From Pachysolen tannophilus NRRL Y-2460 (lineage: Eukaryota), in contig KV454012.1 in assembly GCA_001661245.1 (NCBI GenBank), positions 1,724,418 to 1,788,417 of the forward strand: 64,000 nucleotides of DNA, read 5' to 3'. Below, in pieces: positions 21,237 to 32,953 of this stretch. Numbering within the stretch: position 1 is the first letter of the stretch; every line of letters begins with the position of its first letter. Under the pieces are notes generated by a model. It had not been told where the DNA came from. It did no database searches and saw only the letters and a list, made by a program, of their open reading frames with translations. The position numbers were made by a program, and so were the translations under genes.

Positions 21237-23420
21237 TTAAACAGTCTTGTTATTTTTATAAATCAACCCAAACATTAGAACAAAAACAATTATACACAAA
21301 AAAATATTAGCTTCAAATATACCATTGTAGCAACTTTTACCCATTCTACAAATTAAATGGCCATCATCCAAAAACTCGGAATTTTTGTCAATTTGATGGC
21401 CAAAAATTTTGGTTAAGAAATATAGTCCTATTAAGGGACCTGTGCATATTAAACCCCAAGTGGTGGTAAAACCTTGACTACCAAACAGTTCAGCTATCAC
21501 GGCGGGATATACTCCAAATAGTGACCCATAAGAACATCCAATCAAAACACTTGTTACAGCTAAGCCATCAACTGTGTTTATTAATAAAACTAATATTTGT
21601 GCTATTAATAAAATTGTCAAGGAAAATATCACTAACCACAATCTTTGGCATTTGAATTTTTTATGAATTAAATCTGACATGGGTCCCGATAATAATCTTC
21701 CTGAAAATGAAAACAAAGAGAGTAAAGAAACCTGTAGTGCTTGATACGCTTCAGAAGAAGGATGTTTGTTCGCTATTGTTATTAGATTCAATGTTGCAAA
21801 CATGGATAAATCTTTATTACCTGTTACCCCGGCCTCTGCTATTAATAAACCATTCACTGATGTAGTTATTACATGACAGTTTTCAATGAAGTATGACATA
21901 AGACGATTTTCTGTGGAAGATGAAAAGAAGGCTTCTCTTTTAGTTAACTGGGCCTGAACTATAAAACCGACTGAATAAATATACAATTGACCCATTGATG
22001 AAGATAACGATAGCATTAAATAGTGCAATAAGAATAACTTATCTGTCAATAATTTTTTCAATTGACCCATTGAAGTATGAGGGATATCACTTTTGGATTT
22101 CTTTATTTTCAACTGCCTGGTATTGACATCGGATGTTAAATCTGAATTCATAATTAAAGGTGTTTCTTCCGTGTCTGTTGCAATGGCCACACTGCCTCTC
22201 CTTTGTAACTTTAAATTATAATCTAACGAAGAAAAAGAATTCCTGGGAGAAGTTAGTTCCAAACCAAATAGCTTTACAAACGAAGGTCTACGACCTTCAT
22301 CAATAATTTTTTGATTTGAAGTTTGATTTACTACCAAATTATCGGTGTTGTTGTTTGAAATCAAATTATTAGGAGATAATCCTCGTGTTGAATTTGGTAA
22401 AGAATTGTTATAGACATTATTTATGCTATTTGTGACTGAAGAATTTTTTTGATTTTGCGGAATATTGATGGAATCTTTATTATGGTTGGCTAACAAATTT
22501 AGAGTTTCTGATGAAGAAAATTGTGGGTTAACTGTTGAACCAACTGATTGTGCGTTGAATGAAGAGACTGAGCTTGAGGATCGAGACATTATAGAGTTTG
22601 AATACGAAAACAAAGACGAATAAGATTTGTCGTCTTTACCCAAATTCAATTGAGCTAACGATCCCTTGTGGCCTCCCAAGAAAACTCCATATGTACTTGT
22701 ACCTGAATTATTCAGTCTGATATCCATAGGTTTCAGAGCCCGTGAGTTTCCCCTATTTTCATTAACAATAATTCCATTCTGTTCAATTTGAGTTTCAATG
22801 TCATCATTATTTTTTAGTTCTTGAAATTTTTTAATTTGATCTTTATCAAAAATTTCCAAGAAAAAGCTACCAATTACTATAATGCTACCACAAAAAATAG
22901 CCAAAAATTTCAATAATCCAGAAGTATTTTGTTTAAACCAGTTTGTTGCAATAGCACTAAATATCAAAGCACTTAAACCAAAAGATGAAACAGAGAAAGC
23001 ACCCGCGGTACCTTTATGATTTGGGAAATTCATTGTACAAGTCTTTAAAGTAGTGAAATAGGATATTATCGATCCAAATCCAATTAGCACCATACTTATA
23101 CTTAAAAATAGTAGACTAGAAATCGAATGTAGAAAACAATAGTATAAATTGAAATATCCCAAGAATATACATATAGAACCAATAATGGTAGAGACCCTAG
23201 GACCACATTTATCTATTATTAAACCTGCAGGCAATCCACCCAAAGCAGTACCTATATTAGCAGCAAATGAAATCGTGGCTGCATTTTCAGGTGATATATT
23301 ACACCTGTTAATCAATTGTGGTGAGTAAACTCCGTAGAGATAAGGTGTACCAGCGGCTAGCGCAATAAACACAGAAAAGATCAAAGTTGTAAATCGTGGG
23401 TCTGAAGTTAACGATAGCAT
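21237..23420 (-). CDS. MFS transporter, Mch1/nodulin-like family
   Basis: AAGTPYLYGVYSPQL, GLIIDKCG, GRLLSGPMSD; two TM bundles separated by a long Ser/Asn loop; first ATG at 23420. Confidence 0.88.
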   Translation of the reverse strand: MLSLTSDPRFTTLIFSVFIALAAGTPYLYGVYSPQLINRCNISPENAATISFAANIGTALGGLPAGLIIDKCGPRVSTIIGSICIFLGYFNLYYCFLHSISSLLFLSISMVLIGFGSIISYFTTLKTCTMNFPNHKGTAGAFSVSSFGLSALIFSAIATNWFKQNTSGLLKFLAIFCGSIIVIGSFFLEIFDKDQIKKFQELKNNDDIETQIEQNGIIVNENRGNSRALKPMDIRLNNSGTSTYGVFLGGHKGSLAQLNLGKDDKSYSSLFSYSNSIMSRSSSSVSSFNAQSVGSTVNPQFSSSETLNLLANHNKDSINIPQNQKNSSVTNSINNVYNNSLPNSTRGLSPNNLISNNNTDNLVVNQTSNQKIIDEGRRPSFVKLFGLELTSPRNSFSSLDYNLKLQRRGSVAIATDTEETPLIMNSDLTSDVNTRQLKIKKSKSDIPHTSMGQLKKLLTDKLFLLHYLMLSLSSSMGQLYIYSVGFIVQAQLTKREAFFSSSTENRLMSYFIENCHVITTSVNGLLIAEAGVTGNKDLSMFATLNLITIANKHPSSEAYQALQVSLLSLFSFSGRLLSGPMSDLIHKKFKCQRLWLVIFSLTILLIAQILVLLINTVDGLAVTSVLIGCSYGSLFGVYPAVIAELFGSQGFTTTWGLICTGPLIGLYFLTKIFGHQIDKNSEFLDDGHLICRMGKSCYNGIFEANIFLCIIVFVLMFGLIYKNNKTV

Positions 23421-23961
23421 TATTATTATTACTCGAACCCCTTTTCTAACCAAAAACAAAAAACAAAAAAAAAATTAATTAAAACAACTAACTAAATCAA
23501 CATTAGACAATAAGTCACTCCTATATTAAACAACTGTTTTTTTTAACTAAATGATAGACTTTCCACTGGATCATAAAATCATTTCATGAACTGATAATTG
23601 TTTAATTATAGATAACAGGATGCGATTTTGACCTAATCTTAAGACAAAAACTTCTCCGATTTTTTTTAAATTTCTCCAAACTTCTCCAAGATTCTTCAAA
23701 AATTTCCTTTTGGGAGATGTAAAATTTTTTAATCCAGAAAACGGAGACTGAAATAAATATTAAAAAAACGGAAACCTAAAACGTTTCCGTTTTTGTTTTT
23801 TTGTTTCCGTTTTAGTATTTCCGGAGAAGATTGATGTGTATTTTCAACTTAACGCGTAGTAGAAAATACCATTTAAACCTTTCGGGTTAGATAGATGGAT
23901 CTTGTCAACTGTATCATTTCATCTGTTGAAACTATCTAATCTGGGTTTAAAGTTGTGGACG

Positions 23962-25137
23962 ATGCCAAGGAGATCGACGAGGATTGCTAGAGGAAGAGTG
24001 GAAGAAGAAGAGGAAGAGGAAGAGGAGAATATTTCGCAGCAACAAGATCAACTGGATCAACTGGATCAGCAGCAGCAGCAGCAGCCGGAAGAAGAAGAAG
24101 AAGAAGAAGAAGCTGAAGATTGGAATAGCGCCCATAGTGCTAATACGTGGAACGAAGAGCAAGGAGAAAATTCAGGAAGTGAGACAGAGCAAGATGGTAC
24201 TGGATCACAATACCATTCTCAGAACCAAGCAGCACTAAATAATTATTTTTTCCAATCATTGTCTCTGCGGGAGAGGGAAAGGGCAAACAAATTATCTATA
24301 AAATTGGTAAAAGCGGTAATGGGTGCAGAATTGAAAAAACAAGTTATCTCGCGAGGATATTTGAACAAGTATGTTTGGGAAGATGATAGTTTAAAAGAAG
24401 TTAAATTTGAGCACGTATACAAGTATGCTCAGGGCCATTTGGATAAGCTTGGACTTGAATTAGTTCCGTTATCACCAAGAGAAACATCCAAGGTAAGTTC
24501 TGTAAGTTCTATAACTGGGAATGGGAATGGGAATGTAACGAAGAAGAGGAAACTAAATTCTGATCTCACTACTAGTGATAATAATTCTACACAGGGTGAA
24601 CAAAATCAGAATGCAGATGAACAAGATGTTATTCAGGATATAACAAAGAATTTTAGTCATAACGCGAGTTCCTCATATATACTCCGATCAAAGCTAGGAT
24701 GCAAGTATAGAAATGTTATTGGAGATTTGATTATTGCAAAATCCAATGGAAATCTGGGGAAACCAGATGATTTTGGTCCCATCTTACTAATGATTTGTGC
24801 AGTGGTATTACATAAAAACAATATAAGTAAAAATGAGTTGGAGAAAATTGTTCAAAAATTTGGAATTGATAGTTTTAAATTCGAACATATCATGAAGAAG
24901 GCAGTCAAAGAAGAATATATATATAGCCAAAGAATCACTTCAGAAGATCATAGTAGCAGGAGAAATAATCCAAGAGCTAATGGTAACTCTGACGAGTATG
25001 CTCAATATTTCTTGGGACGTAGAACAAGACAAGAATTCAGTAAAGACGGCCTCACAAGCTTAATTAAAGAGTTATACGGTCCAAATTTCGATGAAAAAAA
25101 AGTCGCAATCAGTTTATCGGGTTGGAAAAATTACTAG
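23962..25137 (+). CDS. NSE3: MAGE-domain Smc5/6 subunit Nse3-like
   Basis: Acidic N-terminus, then KLGLELVPL, SSSYILRS, YFLGRRTRQEF; MCB-like ACGCGT at 23852-23857. Confidence 0.7.
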   Translation: MPRRSTRIARGRVEEEEEEEEENISQQQDQLDQLDQQQQQQPEEEEEEEEAEDWNSAHSANTWNEEQGENSGSETEQDGTGSQYHSQNQAALNNYFFQSLSLRERERANKLSIKLVKAVMGAELKKQVISRGYLNKYVWEDDSLKEVKFEHVYKYAQGHLDKLGLELVPLSPRETSKVSSVSSITGNGNGNVTKKRKLNSDLTTSDNNSTQGEQNQNADEQDVIQDITKNFSHNASSSYILRSKLGCKYRNVIGDLIIAKSNGNLGKPDDFGPILLMICAVVLHKNNISKNELEKIVQKFGIDSFKFEHIMKKAVKEEYIYSQRITSEDHSSRRNNPRANGNSDEYAQYFLGRRTRQEFSKDGLTSLIKELYGPNFDEKKVAISLSGWKNY

Positions 25138-25441
25138 ATATTACATTACACACTATAATGGTTAGATTAACGTATATAGATAAATTTAAACATCATTATC
25201 CTTTACCATTAACATCTTGAATCACCATCAAGATGGCCGATTATTCTAAGCTCAGAAAACACGCGTCTCTTCTCTCTTGTCGGCTAACGGATACTGCTGA
25301 AATAACTTTGAAGAGAATCGATCAAAAAAAAAAAAAAAGTCATGTGACTTGTTTATTTTTCGTATTTTTCTTCATTTTGTACTTTCGGGCAAAGATCTTT
25401 ATGTCCACTTTATTTACTTATTTATACGAAATCTACAAAAA

Positions 25442-25490
25442 GATAAAGATAGATAGACAGATAGATAGATAGATAGATAGGTAGATAGAT
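25442..25490. repeat. Imperfect (GATA)n microsatellite upstream of NCP1
   Basis: gatagatagacagatagatagatagatagataggtagatagat. Confidence 0.85.
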
Positions 25491-25661
25491 TATCTTGTGT
25501 ATCCTTTCTTTGTCAGATATTAGTTTCAGTTATAGAGAAGCGATATAAGGGAATTGCAATCTTTTTTTTTTTTTTTTTTATTTCTATTTTACTTTAATTT
25601 TATTTTGTGGTATACGAGCCATTAGTAACAAACTAAAATACGAAAAATTTATTAAAAGAAA

Positions 25662-27722
25662 ATGGCTTTGGACACACTTGATATAGGTATATTGAGTGTA
25701 GTTTTACTGGCGTTGATAGGGTATTTTGCCAAAGATTTGATAAAGTCTTTGTTATCATCGAACGATTCCACTAATGTATCTACTGACTCCAGAGATTTGG
25801 TGGAGGTATTAAATGAGACTGGTAAAAAAGCTATTGTCTTTTATGGATCACAAACAGGTACAGCGGAAGATTATGCTCATAAATATGCCAAAGAATTGCA
25901 AACTAGGTTTCAAGTTCCAACTATTTGTTGTGATATTGCGGATTATGATTTTGATAAGTTGGGAGCTTTACCTTCAGAAGTAGATGGGTTTAAATTTGTA
26001 ACTTTTTTCATGGCTACATATGGTGAAGGTGAACCGACTGATAACGCTGTTGATTTCTTTGATTATTTAGATAATGAGTGTGATTCATTGGAAGGCTTGA
26101 AATACTTGGTTTTCGGTTTGGGTAATTCCACATACGAGTTTTATAATGCTATAAGTAAAAGATTAGATAAAAAGTTAAGTGAATTGGGTGCTTCTAATAT
26201 TAGTGTTCCAGGTTTTGGTGATGATGGTACTGCTACAATGGATGAAGACTATTTAGCTTGGAAGGAATCAATTTTTGATGTCTTGAAAGATCATTTAAGT
26301 CTAGAAGAACATGATGTGAAATATCAACCAAGTATCAAGTTGATTCCAAGACCGGATTTATCGATTGAAAATCCAATAGTCTCATTAGGTGAACCAAATT
26401 CAAAATATATCAACCCAACTACTGAAGAAACCAAAAATCTGATTCAGTATGGACCTTTTGATCATACTCATCCATACTTATCTCCAATTGTTAAATCAAA
26501 AGAATTGTTTAATTCAGAAACAAGACATTGTATTCATGCAGAATTTGATTTTTCTCAAACAAATTTGAAATATTCAACAGGTGATCATTTAGCTATATGG
26601 CCTTCAAATTCAAACGAAGAAGTTGAAAAATTCTTGAAGCTGTTCAATTTAATTTCAAAAAGAAATGATGTTATTGGATTTGAAACCTTGGATCAAACGG
26701 TTTCTTTACCATTCTCATCACCAATTACTTATGAAGCTATTGTTAGACATCATTTAGAAATTTCAGGCCCTGTTTCGAGGCAGTTTTTACAAAGTGTTCA
26801 TCAGTTTGCTCCAACTGAAGAAATTAAAGCTGATATTGCCAGAATTAGTGGTCATAAGGAGATTTTCTCAAAAGAAGTTACTGAAAAATATTTCAATATT
26901 GCTGATATCTTAGTCAATATATCTAAAGGTTCTAGTTGGGATGACATTCCATTTGAGTTTTTAATTGAATCAATCCCTCATTTACAACCTCGTTATTATT
27001 CGATTTCTTCATCTTCGTTATCTGAAAAGCAAACTGTTCATGTCACCGCAGTTGTTGAAAATGAGAAACCTCAAGGTTCCGATCATTTTGTTACTGGTGT
27101 TACTACCAACTTATTAAGGCATATACAATTGCTGCAAAGTAAATCCGATTTAAAGCCAAATGTTACTTATGATTTAGATGGTCCAAGAAATTTATTCAAA
27201 CCTTTCAAATTACCAGTTCATATTAGAAGATCAACTTTCAAATTACCAACCAACCCTGCCACTCCAATAATCTTGGTAGGTCCTGGAACAGGTGTTGCTC
27301 CATTTAGAGGCTTTATCAGAGAAAAAGTTAAACAAGCTGAGAGTGGTAATAATAAAATTGGTAAAATTTTACTATTTTACGGTTCAAGATCTGTAAATGA
27401 AGATTTCTTATATAAAAATGAATGGCCAGAATATTCCAAGAAATTAGGAGAAAATTTTGAATTAATTACTGCTTTTTCAAGAGATCAAAAGGAAAAAATC
27501 TATGTTCAACACAGAATGTTGGAATATTCAAAAGAGATTAATGATTTATTACAGAAGGGTGCTTTTTTCTACGTATGTGGTGATGCTTCTAGAATGGCAA
27601 GAGATGTTCAAGCTACTTTAGTTAAAATCTTGATTGCTGAAAGAAATATCACAGAAGAAATTGCAAACAATGTTGTTAGAGGCTTCAAGACAAGTAACAG
27701 ATTCCAAGAAGACGTTTGGTAA
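25662..27722 (+). CDS. NCP1: NADPH-cytochrome P450 reductase
   Basis: YGSQTGTAE, ATYGEGEPTDNA, PRYYSISSS, GPGTGVAPFRGF, C-terminal QEDVW. Confidence 0.98.
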   Translation: MALDTLDIGILSVVLLALIGYFAKDLIKSLLSSNDSTNVSTDSRDLVEVLNETGKKAIVFYGSQTGTAEDYAHKYAKELQTRFQVPTICCDIADYDFDKLGALPSEVDGFKFVTFFMATYGEGEPTDNAVDFFDYLDNECDSLEGLKYLVFGLGNSTYEFYNAISKRLDKKLSELGASNISVPGFGDDGTATMDEDYLAWKESIFDVLKDHLSLEEHDVKYQPSIKLIPRPDLSIENPIVSLGEPNSKYINPTTEETKNLIQYGPFDHTHPYLSPIVKSKELFNSETRHCIHAEFDFSQTNLKYSTGDHLAIWPSNSNEEVEKFLKLFNLISKRNDVIGFETLDQTVSLPFSSPITYEAIVRHHLEISGPVSRQFLQSVHQFAPTEEIKADIARISGHKEIFSKEVTEKYFNIADILVNISKGSSWDDIPFEFLIESIPHLQPRYYSISSSSLSEKQTVHVTAVVENEKPQGSDHFVTGVTTNLLRHIQLLQSKSDLKPNVTYDLDGPRNLFKPFKLPVHIRRSTFKLPTNPATPIILVGPGTGVAPFRGFIREKVKQAESGNNKIGKILLFYGSRSVNEDFLYKNEWPEYSKKLGENFELITAFSRDQKEKIYVQHRMLEYSKEINDLLQKGAFFYVCGDASRMARDVQATLVKILIAERNITEEIANNVVRGFKTSNRFQEDVW

Positions 27723-27993
27723 GCACATAAAAAATAAAAGTTAAAATTTCCCATAATATGGATTATATATAAATTTGTAAGCAGATATAATGTAGAATTA
27801 AAAGTTCATGTTTTTGAACTTGTTCAATTTTTGTTCTTCTTTGTAGTAGTAATATCAATTTGCTTGAGGTTTTCCGTAAATTTTCATTTTCACTCTCGAA
27901 AAAGATTTTTTTAATAGTTGAAGATGAAAATAATAATAGTACGATAATAAAATTATCGTATTGGAGATCTAACTAGACTGGAAATAATTCAAG

Positions 27994-29358
27994 ATGATTC
28001 CTAGAAGGCTAGCTATAGGAGTATTTGAAAGGAGACTAGTTAATGTGAGTTTTGTTCGTAATTATAGGGTGACACCTTTTTTGTTGAATGTTGGTTCGAA
28101 TAGAGGTTCTATTTTCAAAACCAAGAGGAATTCAACGAGAAATTCAGTTGAAGAAGAGTTGGAACAAACTCAGGAATACAAAGATGCCATTAACTCTGGA
28201 TCTTGGATTAAGAAATATGGTGCTATTGCAAGAACAAGAACTTTCCAAAAAAAAATGATCAAATGGTATATATTAGGTTATGCAATGTTTGTTCTGTATG
28301 GTATTAGATATTTTCAAAAAGAATATGTAAAGGACAAAGAAAAGGAAAGTTTAGTTGCCAAGTTTAAACAGAATAATGGGGAATTATCAGAATGGGAGCA
28401 ATTGAGGTTAAAAGAGTTAAATAGAGAAGTTATCAGAACTACTGATTCTTTAAAATTACAAGAATACCATAAATTAAAAGATGAACATGATGCTAGATTA
28501 GCAAAAGCTCTGACACAGGAAGAACGTGATGCCATAGGAGAATTCAACCCTAAACTGGAAGATATTTCAATAGATCTGGGACCTAAGACATTTGAAAGCA
28601 AGATATTACCTCCAAAAGATTTAACAGATTTTTATAATGGAATTGCTCCAAAATATGATTCTGAAATTGGGTTTGAAGAAACTTTATCCTTTGTTGGTAA
28701 GAGACGTAAATGGGTGATGGAACAGATATATGGAGATGTATTGGAAGTTGCTTGTGGTACTGGTAGAAATATCAAATATCTTGATCTTGACAATATATCT
28801 TCAATTACCTTTTTAGATACCTCTGAAAAGATGATGGAAATTACCAATGAAAAATTTAGAGAACAATATCCTGATTTCAAGAAAGTCGCATTTGTTGTTG
28901 GAAAAGCTGAGCAGTTGTTGAACTTGGCAAGTGGAGAAAAAAACAGTACATCAACGGACTTGAAACCTAAGGTGAAATATGATACAATCATTGAGACTTT
29001 TGGCTTGTGCTCACATGAAGATCCAGTATTGGCCTTACAAAATATGAGCAAATTACTAAAGCCAGGTGGAAGAATTATCTTATTGGAACATGGTAGAGGA
29101 ACCTATGACTTCATCAATAATATCTTGGACAATAGAGCCCACAAGCACAGTGAAACATGGGGCTGTAGATGGAACTTGGATATCGGCGAATTGGTTGATA
29201 GATCTGGACTAGAGATAATCTCAGAGAAAAGACTCCACTTTGGAACCACTTGGTGTATCGTTGCAAAAAACCCTTGGGACCCTAAGAAGAAAGGTGAAAT
29301 CGGGTTTGTTGAGAAATATTTCTCCAAAGCTCCAAAGGAAGAACTTGTGCAAAAGTAA
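27994..29358 (+). CDS. OMS1: Mitochondrial inner-membrane methyltransferase Oms1
   Basis: Presequence plus TM; GDVLEVACGTGRN, YDTIIETFGLCS, LLEHG, WGCRWNLDI. Confidence 0.92.
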   Translation: MIPRRLAIGVFERRLVNVSFVRNYRVTPFLLNVGSNRGSIFKTKRNSTRNSVEEELEQTQEYKDAINSGSWIKKYGAIARTRTFQKKMIKWYILGYAMFVLYGIRYFQKEYVKDKEKESLVAKFKQNNGELSEWEQLRLKELNREVIRTTDSLKLQEYHKLKDEHDARLAKALTQEERDAIGEFNPKLEDISIDLGPKTFESKILPPKDLTDFYNGIAPKYDSEIGFEETLSFVGKRRKWVMEQIYGDVLEVACGTGRNIKYLDLDNISSITFLDTSEKMMEITNEKFREQYPDFKKVAFVVGKAEQLLNLASGEKNSTSTDLKPKVKYDTIIETFGLCSHEDPVLALQNMSKLLKPGGRIILLEHGRGTYDFINNILDNRAHKHSETWGCRWNLDIGELVDRSGLEIISEKRLHFGTTWCIVAKNPWDPKKKGEIGFVEKYFSKAPKEELVQK

Positions 29359-29731
29359 CCTCCTCCGTGAGTTTTTTTTTTTTTCAATTGTAGACTGTAT
29401 ATACACATATAAAGGAATAGAATTTAACTTGTATCTAATAGTCGTGTTTTTTTAGTTGTCCTTCTCCCTGCCGATTACCGATTACCGATTGCCATTGCCA
29501 TCACCATCGTCGCCGTTGTCGTCGTTATCGTTGTCGTTGTCGGCTCTTCTAACAAATTGTTGTAGTACGCGAAATATCAAAAGTACTATTTGGGATTGGC
29601 TTGTGATTAAATGGCCCCGATTACATATTATGTTCGAGCACACTTCAGAAAGATAAGCTTGAATAATTCTGTATTTACTGTTCTTGTAAATAATAATATC
29701 ATTGAGAACGTAAGGATACATTGGAGTTGGA

Positions 29732-32700
29732 ATGAAGAGGGTTCGGGATTCAGAAACACTTGTTCAAGAACAGCATGAGTTAAAACGGCCTTCTTCCAGT
29801 ATTCTTGGGATATCACGTTCTATAGCGGCTTGTCAAAGGTGCAGAATTAAAAAGACAAAATGTGATCAAAAATTTCCAAGATGTGGGAGATGTGAAAAGG
29901 CTAAAGTGGAATGTGTCGGCTTGGATAGTGCTACTGGGAGGCAAGTTCCTAGAAGTTATATTGTTCATTTGGAAGATAGGGTTGCTATGTTGGAAAAAAA
30001 ATTAAGGAAAAGAGGCGTTGATCCAGATTTAACTGAAGGAGATTTATCTAATGATATTGAACTTACTCAACAACAGGAAGCTCTAATTAATAATAATAAT
30101 AATAATAATAATTCTAGCACAGGTGCTGGAATAATAGATCTGGGAGAGCAGAGAGTAAAACTGGCATCGTCTTTGTCAATGGCTGATCCATCAGCTTCCA
30201 AGCATCACAACAATAAGAAAGTTGGAGAACCATCATCTTCATCAACAATGATGGAAAATGTTTCTAATGCCACTACAGAATCATCATCAAAGGCGCCGCT
30301 ATCGTATCTTGGTGGTTCGTCGTTGGGGATATCATTTGCGAAGTTAATGTTCACCGCCGTCAAATTTCAACAACAAGACAATAAAAGTACCACATCTGGA
30401 ACAACACCAAATTCAGGAAATATAAAGTATCAGATTATGGACCCATCTATGTCCTCCAAGACGGCAATAGGCACAATTCCAGCTCTTTTACCACCAAAGG
30501 ATCAAGCACAAAGGTTTTTAGAAATTTATTTTGCTCAGTCTAATTCTCAGTTACCTATATTTCATAGAGAAGAATTCATTAAACTGTATTTTGAACCCAT
30601 ATATGGTTCTTTAGGATCAAATGTATCTTTGGCTTCTAATTATTCTTCAATCAATAGGGAAGTATTGAATAGTAATATTCAAGAAAATCAGACATGGTTT
30701 TGGAAATACAAAGAACAAATGGAATCTATATTATCCGAACTGATTCTGGAAAATAAAGAAAACCCCGATCCAATCAAAATTGCAAATTCAATTGTGGTAC
30801 CTTTGAAATATCACAGACCTTTATATTTTTTAAATATAGTGTTTGCTATCTCATCATCAGTTCATCATTTACAATATGCATCTCAAATTTCAGAAGGTTT
30901 TAGAACATCTGCTTTGAAATTTATAGAATCTGTTTATTCATCACCCGATAGATTAGAAGCTTTACAGAGTATTTTATTGTTGACTTTATACTCAATCATG
31001 AGACCAGCTGTACCTGGAGTGTGGTATGTATTGGGTTCAGCGTTACGATTAGTTGTTGATCTTGGTCTACACACCGAGAAATCCGTGGCTTCAAGATCAG
31101 AATCATCTGATTCTTTCACTTTAGATATGAAAAGGAGATTATTCTGGTGTACCTATAGTCTTGACAGGCAAGTATGTTTTTATCTTGGTAGACCTTTTGG
31201 AATATCAGAAGAAAGCATCAATGTCCCTTTCCCCTCTGAGTTGGATGATGCGTTAATTGTTAGAAATGATGATTCAATTCCAGATTATAGTACTAGATCG
31301 AGTAGTATGCCTAGCTATAAAGCTGTCTCAATATCGATGTTTAAAATGAGATTGTTGCAATCAGAAGTTCAACGGATATTATATGAAAATGCAGAGCTTC
31401 CAAGAAAATTTTCTTCTTTGATAGATTGGAAAATAGATTGTGATAAAAGATTAGATCATTGGAAAATGAGTTCACCAAAGACACAAAGAAGAATGAATTG
31501 TGAGTTTAATCTTCTGTTTTTCAACTTGAATTATAATCAAACAAAGTTGGCATTACATGGATTATCACCAAAGAACTTGAGGTTAACAGTAAGTGATTAC
31601 TTTATAGTAAATGATGCTTCAAAGGAAGTAATTCGATCATATTCAAATTTACTTAATAATCGTTCTATAAACTATACATGGGTAGCAGTTCACAACTTAT
31701 TCATGGCAGGGACATCATATTTATACTCCATTTACCATTGTGAAGAGGTTGCCCAGAAAACTTCGTTACAAGAGATGCAGTGGTTCACATCTAGCTGTAG
31801 CAAAATATTAAATAGTTTGATGGACAGATGTGATGCTGCTATTCATTGTAAAGATACTTTTGAAATATTGTCCGCTGTAGTGATAAAGCTAAAATACAAT
31901 GTTGATATAACCACGGGTGTCTCAAGACTGGTTCCCACTATGGCCAATGGTAATGGTGAAATTGTTACTGGGTTTGAAATACCTTCAGCATCCAAGATTG
32001 CAGATCAACAGCCTGGGAGACATGTTACTGAACATTTAGAGAAATTGGTGGAGACTTTACCAGGAGCAGTTGCAAGAGGAAATGACATTGTACCTAAAAC
32101 TGAATTTAATGATCAGTCACCGATAATGCAACTGCAGGATAAGTTTAATTATCAACAGCAATATGACAATTTTTTTAGAGCAAATCCTCCACAAACTCAA
32201 CCTTTTCCACAGCAACACTCAGAAAATGCTCAATCAGTTCAATTTCAACCATTTACAGAAGATCAAAGAGGACCAGACCAATCACAGGCAAATAATTACA
32301 ATGAAAGTTTTGATGTTAATACAAGTAATTGGGGTTCAAATTACGATTTGGATAAATTTTTTGAAGAATTGGATCAAATGGGTTCTTTTTCACCAAATTC
32401 AACACGATCTTCATCACTGGATAATATTAATTCACATTCTAACAATAAAAACAAAGAGCGACAAAATGTGAATTTTGTCAATCCTTCTCGGCAATCAGGG
32501 TATAATACTTATCCATCCAATAGCCCGAGCCACTCATCCTCATCTTATCGAACGTTGTCTTCGGAAAACAGTCCTCATGAACAAGATTCAAGACTGGGAA
32601 ATATTCCAACCCCTGTGAACAATAACGGAAACAATCAACTTTATGCTGATCCTAATATCAATACTGGTACTGCTGCCAGTGTTCCTAATCCACGTACCCG

Positions 32701-32866
32701 CAAGCCAGGACAGTTACCGTCAACCAGAGATGGGCAACAAATTTACAAGATGATATATCAGGTTCCAGCAGAATCGATTTGGGAACAATTTTTTTCAACT
32801 CCTGTAGGTTATAACAACATAGAATTCAACTCATCTTTCAACAATGGAAATGGTGATAGAGATTAA
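29732..32866 (+). CDS. PPR1: Zn2Cys6 transcription factor, Ppr1-like
   Basis: ACQRCRIKKTKCDQKFPRCGRCEKAKVECVGLDSATGRQVPRSYIVHLEDR plus the fungal TF middle domain. Confidence 0.9.
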   Translation: MKRVRDSETLVQEQHELKRPSSSILGISRSIAACQRCRIKKTKCDQKFPRCGRCEKAKVECVGLDSATGRQVPRSYIVHLEDRVAMLEKKLRKRGVDPDLTEGDLSNDIELTQQQEALINNNNNNNNSSTGAGIIDLGEQRVKLASSLSMADPSASKHHNNKKVGEPSSSSTMMENVSNATTESSSKAPLSYLGGSSLGISFAKLMFTAVKFQQQDNKSTTSGTTPNSGNIKYQIMDPSMSSKTAIGTIPALLPPKDQAQRFLEIYFAQSNSQLPIFHREEFIKLYFEPIYGSLGSNVSLASNYSSINREVLNSNIQENQTWFWKYKEQMESILSELILENKENPDPIKIANSIVVPLKYHRPLYFLNIVFAISSSVHHLQYASQISEGFRTSALKFIESVYSSPDRLEALQSILLLTLYSIMRPAVPGVWYVLGSALRLVVDLGLHTEKSVASRSESSDSFTLDMKRRLFWCTYSLDRQVCFYLGRPFGISEESINVPFPSELDDALIVRNDDSIPDYSTRSSSMPSYKAVSISMFKMRLLQSEVQRILYENAELPRKFSSLIDWKIDCDKRLDHWKMSSPKTQRRMNCEFNLLFFNLNYNQTKLALHGLSPKNLRLTVSDYFIVNDASKEVIRSYSNLLNNRSINYTWVAVHNLFMAGTSYLYSIYHCEEVAQKTSLQEMQWFTSSCSKILNSLMDRCDAAIHCKDTFEILSAVVIKLKYNVDITTGVSRLVPTMANGNGEIVTGFEIPSASKIADQQPGRHVTEHLEKLVETLPGAVARGNDIVPKTEFNDQSPIMQLQDKFNYQQQYDNFFRANPPQTQPFPQQHSENAQSVQFQPFTEDQRGPDQSQANNYNESFDVNTSNWGSNYDLDKFFEELDQMGSFSPNSTRSSSLDNINSHSNNKNKERQNVNFVNPSRQSGYNTYPSNSPSHSSSSYRTLSSENSPHEQDSRLGNIPTPVNNNGNNQLYADPNINTGTAASVPNPRTRKPGQLPSTRDGQQIYKMIYQVPAESIWEQFFSTPVGYNNIEFNSSFNNGNGDRD

Positions 32867-32869
32867 ATA

Positions 32870-32905
<36 letters not shown>

Positions 32906-32953
32906 AACAATATTGAATGACATTATTTAAGACATTCCGTATATTAGTGAATT

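Noticed and set aside
25233..25472. 79-aa ORF upstream of NCP1
   Set aside because: Runs through poly-A, T-rich and GATA microsatellite promoter DNA; not coding-like.
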